Positions 31,984 through 40,699 of a stretch of DNA of 64,000 nucleotides are shown one piece after another (the first letter of the stretch is position 1; the number at the start of each line of letters is the position of its first letter). The stretch is taken from positions 64,001 through 128,000 of the IMG/VR virus record IMGVR_UViG_3300009514_000888. One strand, 5' to 3'. Made by a program: the position numbers and the translations under genes. This DNA comes from a virus. The notes below the pieces were generated by a model, which searched no databases, had not been told where the DNA came from, and saw nothing but the letters and a program-made list of their open reading frames with translations.

Positions 31984-32601
31984 ATGGCTATTGGTGGCCC
32001 AATGATATTCATGCACATTCCCAGGACAGCTGGGACATCGATTTACATAGCCTTGATGCGAGAGGTTTGGCTTCCTGACAAATCGATCAATCTGGATACG
32101 AGATGGGACAAGTACGCAACATACCATGAGTGTCGCGGACATTTTACGGCCGAGACAGCTTTGCTCCATTTGGGGCAGGATCGTTTTGATCGAGAGTTCA
32201 AATTTTCATTTGTCAGGAACCCGTGGGACAGGGTGGTGTCGTCTTTCGAGTACAATTGCGCATCTAATTGGTGTGAGAATTTGATATTTGACCAGTATGT
32301 TTTTCAGATATTGAGTCCCATAGAGAATGATAGGCACATTGTGCATTCCCTTAACTGCGTGGACATCTTATCCATAGATGGAGAGATGGCAGTTGATTAC
32401 ATAGGCAGATTCGAGAACTTGCAACATGACTTTAATGAGCTGTGCCAGATGCAATTGGGGCGAACGGTTCTCCTGCCTCATCTGTCCCCGACTGCCCGTG
32501 ATCATTACTCGACTTATTATACGAAAGACACCAGGGAGAGGGTGGGAGAGATTTTTCAGAAGGATATTGAGCGATTTGGGTATAAATTTGAAACAGCATG
32601 A
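31984..32601 (+). CDS. Sulfotransferase (Sulfotransfer_2-like)
   Basis: FMHIPRTAGTS (5'-PSB), FVRNPWDRVVS (3'-PB), GRFENL. Confidence 0.85.
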   Translation: MAIGGPMIFMHIPRTAGTSIYIALMREVWLPDKSINLDTRWDKYATYHECRGHFTAETALLHLGQDRFDREFKFSFVRNPWDRVVSSFEYNCASNWCENLIFDQYVFQILSPIENDRHIVHSLNCVDILSIDGEMAVDYIGRFENLQHDFNELCQMQLGRTVLLPHLSPTARDHYSTYYTKDTRERVGEIFQKDIERFGYKFETA

Positions 32602-32798
32602 ATTGGTATAAAAGAGCAGAGTCCGTCCAGAAGGAAATGTCCGATCTATCTTTGGTCAATCTCGATCTCATTGCCGGTCATGTCGCAGATGTCAAGGGCT
32701 GGGTTGAGCAGGGCAAGAAGTTGAAGCCCTGGATGATTGATAAGATTGCAACAGCTAGAAACGACTTGAATGATGTGAATATGTGCCTTTCCAAATAG
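32598..32798 (+). CDS. Small hypothetical protein beginning MNWYKRAES
   Basis: 66 aa; ATGA overlap. Confidence 0.6.
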   Translation: MNWYKRAESVQKEMSDLSLVNLDLIAGHVADVKGWVEQGKKLKPWMIDKIATARNDLNDVNMCLSK

Positions 32799-32824
32799 AG
32801 GATTCTCTCTATTTTTATTGAATA
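32799..32824 (+). promoter_or_regulatory. Putative promoter AGGA-N17-GAATA
   Basis: Intergenic, upstream of the subtilase RBS; resembles a sigma-H-type consensus. Confidence 0.45.
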
Positions 32825-32864
32825 AATTTATAGGAGACACTTTCTTTGTAGGAGGGGAAAGGAT

Positions 32865-34541
32865 ATGGCTAAGCCAGAACAGTGGATCGCTGCCAACGTG
32901 ACGGATCGTTACATATCGGTAGGCGACATGCCCAGGTTACCAACATTCGAACCTAGATCATCTGTCAATTTATTGGTTTATTATGACAAGAGAAATGTTG
33001 ATCAATCATCTGATCTGAAGGAGTTGGTTCGCGTTGGCTGGATCAAGATGGACAAGAAGTCTACTTTCAGCACCGTTAGGATTGTTGAGAAGCAGACGAA
33101 GGTCATTGAAAAACAAACAATTGTAAAGAACGAAGTTCGCAAGTCTGACAAATCATATCAGCCCTTGTCCCTAGAGCATTGGGACATGAATCCGCCTAAG
33201 AATATTACAGATGCCCTTGATCGTCTTGCCGAGAAAGTGCATAACTATTGTTTTAGGGTATCTGAGATGGCAGATCATCGCCTTCGTTGCCGCTTGCCTC
33301 ATATAGAGTATGGCGACTCTGTCAATGTTGCTGCGATGTCGCAGTATGTCGGTTATCAGGTAGCCGCTCATAACCTCCCCGATGTTTGGCTTGAGACGCA
33401 AGGAGAGGGCATCGTGATTGCGGTTCTTGATACGGGCTGTGATGTAGGGCATGTAGACTTGAAGAATTCGTTTGCAGAGGTAACTGGATATAGCGCTGAT
33501 GTGACGGATGGCAATGGCCACGGCACTCACTGTGTCGGCATCATCAGCGCAAACAATAATACGGCAGGTATCGTTGGCGTCGCTCCAATGGCAATGATCC
33601 TGCCGATAAAGGTGTTGAATGATGATGGCTGGGGATATGAGGACGATATCGCTCACGGCATTCATATAGCTATTGATATGGGTGCCGACATCATCAGCAT
33701 GTCACTGGGAGCGGACATGGACCTTCCCTTGGTTCACGAAGCAATCAAGAGGGCATATGACGCGAACATTCCGGTCGTTTGCGCGGCTGGCAACTCAGGC
33801 GATACTGGAACCGACATTAACTTTCCGGCGCGCTACCATGAATCTATTTCTGTTGGCGCTCTTGACAAAGATCGTTTGAGAGCAGAGTTCAGTCAAACCG
33901 GATCGAGCCTGGATTTTATGGCTCCTGGCGTTTCGATCCTGTCTACGGTCCCAGATAACCGCTACCAATATATGAGCGGGACTTCGATGGCGACTCCTTG
34001 GGTTGCTGGTGTTATTGCCTTGATGATGTCCAAGCATCGTCGCTTAGGCGGCCAGACGCCACTGGATTCGATAGATGCAATCAAGGAGCATCTGTCGCGT
34101 ACGGCCATCGACATGGGAGACGTGGGCAAGGATAATTTGACTGGGTATGGCTTAATCGATGTTCCAGAGGTTGTGAAGTCAATTGAAGCAATCGAGAAGC
34201 ATCCTGATGTGATCATTGCTGCCATTCAGGGGGATGCTCCTGGGCATGAGTTTGAGAACGTATATCATGAATGGATTCAGTTTCTCAATGTCAGCGGCAC
34301 AGCCCTTAACATGACAGGGTGGTACGTGGAGGATGCCGCAGGTTGGCATTATGACTTCCCAGAGAACTACATATTCCTCAAGGGTTCCCTGATGAGGCTC
34401 AGAACAGGAAAGGGAGAGGATACTGTATCTGATCTTCACTGGGGTTATGGTCGCCCAATTCTGAATAACGAGGGAGATACAGTTTACCTGTATAACAAGG
34501 ACGCAAGGCTCGTTACGCAATATACATACGTCGTCGAGTAA
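32865..34541 (+). CDS. S8 subtilase with N-terminal module and C-terminal lamin-tail-like domain
   Basis: VLDTG, GHGTH, AAGN, GTSMA; EWIQFLN.SG.A.N.TGW...D and LNNEGDTV.L in the C-terminal domain. Confidence 0.88.
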   Translation: MAKPEQWIAANVTDRYISVGDMPRLPTFEPRSSVNLLVYYDKRNVDQSSDLKELVRVGWIKMDKKSTFSTVRIVEKQTKVIEKQTIVKNEVRKSDKSYQPLSLEHWDMNPPKNITDALDRLAEKVHNYCFRVSEMADHRLRCRLPHIEYGDSVNVAAMSQYVGYQVAAHNLPDVWLETQGEGIVIAVLDTGCDVGHVDLKNSFAEVTGYSADVTDGNGHGTHCVGIISANNNTAGIVGVAPMAMILPIKVLNDDGWGYEDDIAHGIHIAIDMGADIISMSLGADMDLPLVHEAIKRAYDANIPVVCAAGNSGDTGTDINFPARYHESISVGALDKDRLRAEFSQTGSSLDFMAPGVSILSTVPDNRYQYMSGTSMATPWVAGVIALMMSKHRRLGGQTPLDSIDAIKEHLSRTAIDMGDVGKDNLTGYGLIDVPEVVKSIEAIEKHPDVIIAAIQGDAPGHEFENVYHEWIQFLNVSGTALNMTGWYVEDAAGWHYDFPENYIFLKGSLMRLRTGKGEDTVSDLHWGYGRPILNNEGDTVYLYNKDARLVTQYTYVVE

Positions 34542-34564
34542 TCACACGAGGGCGTTCGCTACCG

Positions 34565-34586
34565 ACCCCCCGCAAGGGGGGTTTTT
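34565..34586 (+). terminator. Intrinsic terminator
   Basis: ACCCCCC-GCAA-GGGGGGT plus TTTT. Confidence 0.8.
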
Positions 34587-34619
34587 CTATCAATTTGGGG
34601 GCAGGAGTCCTGACCTGAT

Positions 34620-35408
34620 TTGGGCGGATATATAGGGCAATGGGGTATTAAATCGATTACATTAGGGAGCAGGAAAATGATTATAGTTAGTTTTACGTCT
34701 ACATCTTACCGCTTGCCCCAAATGGAGCCTGCTCTAAAGTCTATTTGTGAGGGCAGCCTACACCCGAACCATATCTTTTTGCATCTGTCTACCGCTGCTT
34801 TTGGGCATGACGAGGGCGTATCGGAAGTTCCCGAGTTTGTCCTCAAGTATCCTGTCAAAATTTGTTGGGGAGAGAACCATGGCCCGTATCGCAAGCTACT
34901 GCCTACGTTGCGCAAGTTCTGGAACAAGCCAGACTACATGGTGGTTACGTGTGATGACGACTGGATATATCCTTCGTTCTGGCTTGAGAGGATGGTTGAA
35001 GCCGCAGAGTTACATACTGATAAATGCATCTGTTATGCGGCTAGGAGGATTGCGGTCGGCGGTGACGGCAAAATCAGACCTTACGTTGAGTGGGAAAACT
35101 TGCGATCATCGTATGGGCTGACTCAGGCGGACAGGGTTTTGGCTTTGGGCGGGCATGGCGTGTTGTATCGTCCCAGGTTTTTTAATTCTGAAATCTTTGA
35201 TGTTCAGAAAGCTTTTGAGGTTGCTCAGTTTTGCGATGATTTCTGGTTTTCTGGACAGTTATGCAAAAGGGGAGTTTCGGTACGTGTGCTAGAGAGCTGC
35301 TGGGAGGATTTCGATCATTTGGAGCTGGACTTTCCGCTTTGGGATGATAATAAGGATCGTAATAATCAGTACGCGATCAATGCTAAGCGGCTATTCGGGT
35401 TCTGGTGA
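34620..35408 (+). CDS. GT-A fold glycosyltransferase (likely start 34677)
   Basis: GPYRKLLP, VTCDDD (DxD-like), DDFWFS. Confidence 0.7.
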   Translation: MGGYIGQWGIKSITLGSRKMIIVSFTSTSYRLPQMEPALKSICEGSLHPNHIFLHLSTAAFGHDEGVSEVPEFVLKYPVKICWGENHGPYRKLLPTLRKFWNKPDYMVVTCDDDWIYPSFWLERMVEAAELHTDKCICYAARRIAVGGDGKIRPYVEWENLRSSYGLTQADRVLALGGHGVLYRPRFFNSEIFDVQKAFEVAQFCDDFWFSGQLCKRGVSVRVLESCWEDFDHLELDFPLWDDNKDRNNQYAINAKRLFGFW

Positions 35409-35654
35409 TTGGTTCACGATCTTGGATTCTAGGACTTCCGCTATTTCTTTGATTGATGACTGTTCTAGTTGATCCAGCTCTTCTTCTAGGCTGATTTTGC
35501 GGTCCAGGATATCTAGAATGGTAAAGTGGCATCTACCGTATTCCTGGGAGCCGACTTCATGTTGCCCCTGCTCCCACTTGAGGCGGTGAAATTCTTGTTG
35601 CGTTTCGCTTAACGCTTGAAGCACTTTTTGAATAGGGCTAGATTCCTTATCCAC
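35391..35654 (-). CDS. Small coiled-coil hypothetical protein, divergent from guaC
   Basis: GGAGG RBS 5 nt before GTG at 35654; part of track ORF 35391-35684. Confidence 0.5.
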   Translation of the reverse strand: MDKESSPIQKVLQALSETQQEFHRLKWEQGQHEVGSQEYGRCHFTILDILDRKISLEEELDQLEQSSIKEIAEVLESKIVNQSPEPE

Positions 35655-35753
35655 TCTTGCCTCCGTACAAATTGTCTTCAGCAAAAAGGATTATCTATCC
35701 TTCATATTTCGTTGTGCCGATACAACTGTGTACTAAAGAAGGAGACATTAAGG

Positions 35754-36686
35754 ATGAGAATAGAGCAGGAAGTCAAACTTGATTTCAAAGACGTTCTGAT
35801 CCGCCCCAAAAGATCGACGATGGATACACGCAAGCAGGTCAGTTTGGATCGGGAATTTCAGACATTGCATTCCGGTCTTGTGGTCAAGGGTGTCCCTGTC
35901 ATTGCATCCAATATTGACACCATCGGCACATTTGCGATGGCTAAGTCATTGGCTGAATTTGGGATGTTTACTGCACTGCATAAGCATTATGCTGTTGACG
36001 ATGTGGCCAGGTTTATGGTCAATAATATTGATCTTTGGGATCGTGTTTTCTACACCTTGGGTATGACACAGAAAGATTCCGAGAAGCTAGAGGCGGTCCA
36101 GAATCGCATGGTGGATATCGCCTTGCATGAGGACGTGAAGATATTTCAGGAGGACGACTTCCTCGACAATATGCGCAAGATGAGCAGTGGATTCCCCAGG
36201 CTCTTGTGTCTTGATGTCGCCAATGGGTATATCAAACAATTCCATGAGTTTGTTAAAACGATTCGCGATGCCGCTCCGCATGCAATTATCATGGCCGGGA
36301 ATGTTGCGACACCAGAGATGGTGCAGCAGCTTTTGGAATGCGGAGCAGATATCGTCAAGATAGGCACGGGTAATGGCTGTTTTGTTCCCGGAACTAAAGT
36401 CAAACTAAAAGACGGGTGCAAAAATATAGAAGATATCGAAGTTGGAGATGAAGTGCTTACTCATCGAGGGGAATATAAGAAAGTCATAGCAACAACCAGT
36501 AGAGAAGAAAATAAAGAAGTGTACAGTATTAATGATATTCAATGTACTGGTAATCATGAGTTCTATGTGCTTCATAAAAAGTATAGGAATATAGTGAATG
36601 ATGAAAACATGGATGAGTTTGCTGAATGGATTTCAGCGGAGAATCTTACCAAAGATTATGTTCTTCTAAAAATTAAGAAGGATTGA
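35754..36686 (+). CDS. guaC: GMP reductase N-terminal half fused to N-intein
   Basis: LDFKDVLIRPKRST, ALHKHY, CLDVANGY, MAGNVAT, GADIVKIG, then CFVPG intein start and a stop codon. Confidence 0.9.
   Translation: MRIEQEVKLDFKDVLIRPKRSTMDTRKQVSLDREFQTLHSGLVVKGVPVIASNIDTIGTFAMAKSLAEFGMFTALHKHYAVDDVARFMVNNIDLWDRVFYTLGMTQKDSEKLEAVQNRMVDIALHEDVKIFQEDDFLDNMRKMSSGFPRLLCLDVANGYIKQFHEFVKTIRDAAPHAIIMAGNVATPEMVQQLLECGADIVKIGTGNGCFVPGTKVKLKDGCKNIEDIEVGDEVLTHRGEYKKVIATTSREENKEVYSINDIQCTGNHEFYVLHKKYRNIVNDENMDEFAEWISAENLTKDYVLLKIKKD
36378..36683 (+). mobile_element. Split intein N-fragment (102 aa)
   Basis: CFVPGTKV block A, CTGNHEFY block B, ends at stop with no block F/G. Confidence 0.9.
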
Positions 36687-36737
36687 GTTAGGAATATCCT
36701 AATTACTAAGTGTGGACTTGGCACTGGTAATTAGGAG
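36687..36737 (+). promoter_or_regulatory. Competing hairpins covering the endonuclease RBS
   Basis: TCCTAATTAC (36697-36706) pairs with GTAATTAGGA (36727-36736) over AGGAG; the alternative TTAGGA-ATA-TCCTAA (36687-36701) excludes it. Confidence 0.55.
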
Positions 36738-36745
36738 ACATAGAA

Positions 36746-37657
36746 GTGATTAATAAGATACATGTGGTTAATTTTGGAAATCAAGAAATATTAGGATGTC
36801 GAAAAGAAGGCAGAATGAAGTTTTGGTTATTGGAAAACGGAATTGAGATTAATAGTAATGATTTGTATAAGAAGCCAGTTAATATTGAATGTCATCAATG
36901 TCACAAAAGTAAGCGTGTTAAGTTTTATGGGGGAAATAATGGTCTTATTAAAAGGCAATACATATGCCAATCATGTAGCAAGCAGGGAGATAGGAATGCC
37001 TTTTTTGGGAAGAAGCATTCTGATGAAACAAAGAAGAGTATATCAGAGTCTAATACAGGGAATCTAGTGGGTGATAAAAATCCTATGTGGGGAAAAAGCG
37101 TTTGGGACACGTACTCTCCAAAGCAATTTGAATCTATTCGAAAGAAGATAAGTAAAAAATCGCAGGGTAGTGGTAATGCGTTTTGGGGAAGAACCCATAC
37201 AGATGAATTTAAGAAAAAGAAAGCAAAGCAAGCAAGACAATGGATAATAGATCATCCAGAGCATTTGAGGAAAATGGTGGCCCATTCTTTGGAGGCTCAA
37301 AAAAGGTTTAGGAAAACGGGGATAGAGGCAGTGACAGAGGTAGAATTGCAAAGAAGAAAGATACCTCATAAATACAATAAGATATTGCACAGGAAATATC
37401 AGTATGATTTTTTGATAGGAGATAAATTTTTGTTAGAAGTTCATGGTGATTATTGGCATGCTAACCCAGAGATATATGGACCAGGTAAGCGATCTCTAAA
37501 TGATAGACAGATATTCAAAGTTGAGCAAGATAAGTCGAAAAAAGTGTTTGCTGAAAAATATGGTTACAAGATTTTTTACATATGGGAAACGGAAATAAAT
37601 AATTTGGATTTTACTGTTATTTCTCAAATAGAAAGGATATTAAATGGCGTTATCTAA
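36746..37657 (+). CDS. Free-standing homing endonuclease (NUMOD3 repeats + Vsr-like domain) between the intein halves
   Basis: [13 protein letters not shown] and [11 protein letters not shown]; YDFLI...[12 protein letters not shown]; AT-rich relative to the flanks. Confidence 0.85.
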   Translation: MINKIHVVNFGNQEILGCRKEGRMKFWLLENGIEINSNDLYKKPVNIECHQCHKSKRVKFYGGNNGLIKRQYICQSCSKQGDRNAFFGKKHSDETKKSISESNTGNLVGDKNPMWGKSVWDTYSPKQFESIRKKISKKSQGSGNAFWGRTHTDEFKKKKAKQARQWIIDHPEHLRKMVAHSLEAQKRFRKTGIEAVTEVELQRRKIPHKYNKILHRKYQYDFLIGDKFLLEVHGDYWHANPEIYGPGKRSLNDRQIFKVEQDKSKKVFAEKYGYKIFYIWETEINNLDFTVISQIERILNGVI

Positions 37658-37772
37658 ATACGAATTTGTTGAAATAGAATATATTCAGGTTTCTCCATAT
37701 TCAGGGAAAGTTTATGATTTTGAAGTGGAAGAAGATCATTCGTACAATGTGGGTGGTATAGCTGTGCATAAT
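37644..37772 (+). mobile_element. Split intein C-fragment (43 aa)
   Basis: Own ATG; blocks F and G ending HN|S. Confidence 0.9.
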
Positions 37773-38372
37773 TCAGTTTGCACGACTCGCGTCAAGACTG
37801 CTGTCGGATACCCGTCCTTGTCTTCGATAGCCGAGTGCGCTGATGCGGCTCATGGTTATCGTCGAGGGCTTGTATGCGCCGATGGCGGATGCGTTGATTC
37901 CGGGGATGTTTGCCGAGCATTCGGCGCTGGTGCTGATTTTGTGATGCTGGGAGGCATGTTCGCTGGAACAGATGAGTGCGACGGGGAATGGGAATACAAC
38001 TATGAAGAAAGCATGGCTTCTACAACGTTCAATGAATCAATGCACATGGCGCATGGCTTCGGTTGGGTGGGATCAGCTGTTTCTGCCACTGGAGATGCGA
38101 GACATAAGAAGTTCCTGAAGTTCTATGGCATGTCTTCCAAGGAGGCTATGCAGAAGCACGATGGAGGCGTAGCATCTCACAGAACCGAGGAGGGGAAATG
38201 CGTTAAAATTCCATATAAGGGCCCGTCTGGTGAGGTTGCCCAGGATATTATGGGAGGATTGCGATCATGTTGCACATACGTTGGGGCAACGTGTCTCAAA
38301 GAACTGCCCAAGTGTTGCACGTTTGTTCGCGTGGCCAATGGCAGAACGCATAATACAGTTTTTGGAGGATGA
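37644..38372 (+). CDS. guaC: C-intein fused to GMP reductase C-terminal half
   Basis: [21 protein letters not shown]|[41 protein letters not shown]. Confidence 0.9.
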   Translation: MALSKYEFVEIEYIQVSPYSGKVYDFEVEEDHSYNVGGIAVHNSVCTTRVKTAVGYPSLSSIAECADAAHGYRRGLVCADGGCVDSGDVCRAFGAGADFVMLGGMFAGTDECDGEWEYNYEESMASTTFNESMHMAHGFGWVGSAVSATGDARHKKFLKFYGMSSKEAMQKHDGGVASHRTEEGKCVKIPYKGPSGEVAQDIMGGLRSCCTYVGATCLKELPKCCTFVRVANGRTHNTVFGG

Positions 38373-38813
38373 ATGGCGGATGCTCAAAAAGTTCGATTAG
38401 CAACTGCTTCGGATTTGACGCAGGTTGTGGAGTTATTGGGACAATTGAGTCCCCTGAATGGTGCCTGGCCCAGGCATCGCTTGGAGCTGTTGTTGGATGA
38501 AATTTTGCATGATGACAAGCATCATCTTTTTGTTTATGATGTCGGCGGCAAGATCGTGGGAGAGGGCATGGTTATGATACGCTTAAACTTGTCGCATGGC
38601 GGCAGGGCGGTAGCATATGCCGAGAATATTGTGGTTGACCAGTCTTATCGTGGGCAGGGCATCGGCGCGCAATTAATGGCCAAGATTGCGGAAACTGCCA
38701 AGAAGCATCATTGCTATAAGTTGCTTTTGGATTGTTCAGAACAGAATGTGCCATTCTACCAGAAGTTGGGATTTGAAATCACATTCGAGAAAAATATGCG
38801 CATGGACTTTTAG
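38373..38813 (+). CDS. GNAT acetyltransferase (glucosamine-6-phosphate N-acetyltransferase-like)
   Basis: ENIVVDQSYRGQGIG, CYKLLLDC, FYQKLGF. Confidence 0.85.
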   Translation: MADAQKVRLATASDLTQVVELLGQLSPLNGAWPRHRLELLLDEILHDDKHHLFVYDVGGKIVGEGMVMIRLNLSHGGRAVAYAENIVVDQSYRGQGIGAQLMAKIAETAKKHHCYKLLLDCSEQNVPFYQKLGFEITFEKNMRMDF

Positions 38814-38815
38814 CG

Positions 38816-38841
38816 AGGATTCTGGAGCCAAAATGAGTATT
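38816..38841 (+). promoter_or_regulatory. Putative promoter AGGA-N17-GTATT
   Basis: Intergenic; same spacing as 32799 and 44984. Confidence 0.4.
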
Positions 38842-38848
38842 CTCCATT

Positions 38849-39526
38849 ATGGGGGATATTCGAAAAGTCCAGCGGAGAATTGCGAGGTTTATATGCGGGA
38901 AGGTTGATGCGGCAACGGCAGTGATGCAAAAGGACATTGCCGCTGGCCGACCTCCTCGTAAGTTTATGTCGGCTATCAAACGAGTTTGGAAGACTCGCAA
39001 AGATGGTCATTACAGTATTCCTGTGAGCAAGGTGCCCTATCCATATTCCCAATTGAAGGTTGCTTTCATCAAGTCTGCCACATCGAGTTTGGACGGCTGG
39101 ATGATGAAGATTAGCTCTTCGAGAATGCGTAAAGCTAATACGAAAGAGGAGGCAGAAAGAGCCAGGGTTATCATCAATGGGGTAGTTTACCATGAAGTAG
39201 AGCATATCTTTTTTAGCGGAACGCATGTGGATCGCAAGAAAAAGGATAAGATGAATGCTTATATTGAGTATCTGATTCATCCTGGAGAGATTAGAGCGTA
39301 TGCCAAGATGTACGCCTACATCTTCAGCCAAGCATTTCCGGGAGAGCCATTCGACTATCGCAAGATGTCTAGACTGTCTAGAGATTGGCAGGTTTACAGC
39401 GCCGTTTACTATTTCGAAGTGTTTAACGATGCTCATTTTGTGAAAAAATATCCGAGGGTTCGCGGGATTCAAAAGAAGGCGCGGAAATTAACGAAGAAAC
39501 TTCTAGAGAAGGAGTTTCGCTCTTGA
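38849..39526 (+). CDS. Hypothetical protein with HExxH zincin-like motif
   Basis: VYHEVEH and downstream GEIRAYA. Confidence 0.5.
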   Translation: MGDIRKVQRRIARFICGKVDAATAVMQKDIAAGRPPRKFMSAIKRVWKTRKDGHYSIPVSKVPYPYSQLKVAFIKSATSSLDGWMMKISSSRMRKANTKEEAERARVIINGVVYHEVEHIFFSGTHVDRKKKDKMNAYIEYLIHPGEIRAYAKMYAYIFSQAFPGEPFDYRKMSRLSRDWQVYSAVYYFEVFNDAHFVKKYPRVRGIQKKARKLTKKLLEKEFRS

Positions 39527-40431
39527 AGAACTTGCATCTAGACTTAGTCAGGGTTACAGAGGGCGCGGCTATCGCGGCCTCCAAATGGGTTGGGTCTGGG
39601 GAGAAGGAATTGGCAGATAAGTTTGCGACAGAGGCTATGCGCAAGCGATTGAACAGAATGGACTTTTCTGCGATAGTATCTATAGGAGAAGGGGTAAAGG
39701 ACAATTCTTTTGGTATATTTAGAGGAGAGAAACTAGGAATTCTAAGAGATAAAGAAGAGGATTTTTGTTTAGCAATAGACCCTATCGAAGGGACTACGCC
39801 AACCAGCAAGGGTGGATATGAGGCTATGAGCGTTATTGCGCTCGGTAAGAAAAATGCCTTCTACCAGACAGATCAGTTTTACATGCACAAGCTCGCTGCC
39901 GGAGAAGAATTAGCCCAGGCTGCTAGACTGTCATTATCCGATCCTGTCCATACAACGATAGAAAAGGCGAAGATTGCTTTGCAAAAGCAGGTTACGGTTT
40001 GCGTTTTAGATCGGGACAGACATGATGAACTGGTTGCTACTTTGAGAGAGATGGGCTGTCGCGTATTCTTGATCTCTGATTGCGATGTTAGCGGGTGCAT
40101 TTCGACCTGCATGCCAGAGAGCGGCATTGATCTTTACATGGGGATTGGCGGCGCTCCTGAGGCTGTTATTACCGCAGCGGCGCTCAAGTGCATGGGAGGG
40201 TTCTTCCAGGCACAGGCTTGCGATAGAAGCGGGCAGGCAGGGGCTATCGCAGATATTCTGGGTATTGAACGATTGGTCAGTGGTCCTACTATATTTGCAG
40301 CCACCGGCATTACGGATGGCAAACTGCTGAAGGGTGTCAGATATACTTCCAAGGGTCCGGTGACGCATTCTCTGACTATGCGATCTGAAAGCGGGACAAT
40401 ACGCAAGATTGAGACAATTCATGGCAACTAA
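39523..40431 (+). CDS. glpX: Class II fructose-1,6-bisphosphatase
   Basis: VRVTEGAA, IGEG, AIDPIEGT, LDRDRH, DCDV, GIGGAPE, FAATGITDG. Confidence 0.92.
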   Translation: MKNLHLDLVRVTEGAAIAASKWVGSGEKELADKFATEAMRKRLNRMDFSAIVSIGEGVKDNSFGIFRGEKLGILRDKEEDFCLAIDPIEGTTPTSKGGYEAMSVIALGKKNAFYQTDQFYMHKLAAGEELAQAARLSLSDPVHTTIEKAKIALQKQVTVCVLDRDRHDELVATLREMGCRVFLISDCDVSGCISTCMPESGIDLYMGIGGAPEAVITAAALKCMGGFFQAQACDRSGQAGAIADILGIERLVSGPTIFAATGITDGKLLKGVRYTSKGPVTHSLTMRSESGTIRKIETIHGN

Positions 40432-40699
40432 TAGATACCTGTCTGATGAGATGAGGGTTCTGCTTCACTATTATTCTGGACAATATGCAAGTCAGGCTAT
40501 GGCATGGGAAGAGGAGTCCCTAGAACCTCCCACGAAACATAATCTTGTGCAATTCCTGAAAGAGAGAGGAGCTTATGCTGGAGAGATATGGAGATGGGGA
40601 TATCCGGTCAGCCAAGTTGTCATGGCAGCGCAGGTGGGCGATGAAGATCATGGAGAGTATGGGCTTGGAGGGGATTGGTGGAAACAGGGAGTTGAGTGA
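40409..40699 (+). CDS. Hypothetical protein (likely start 40421)
   Basis: Short ORF overlapping both neighbours. Confidence 0.5.
   Translation: MRQFMATNRYLSDEMRVLLHYYSGQYASQAMAWEEESLEPPTKHNLVQFLKERGAYAGEIWRWGYPVSQVVMAAQVGDEDHGEYGLGGDWWKQGVE

Noticed and set aside
36687-37643. Group I intron removing the endonuclease from guaC
   Set aside because: No Q/R/S core elements seen; IntN has its own stop and IntC its own ATG.
35754-38372. IMP dehydrogenase
   Set aside because: LDFKDVLIRPKRST, ALHKHY, DVANGY and the lack of CBS domains fit GuaC better.
38366-38372. GuaC C-terminal GG as a ubiquitin-like substrate for the ThiF enzyme
   Set aside because: It ends a TIM-barrel enzyme rather than a beta-grasp protein; probably coincidence.
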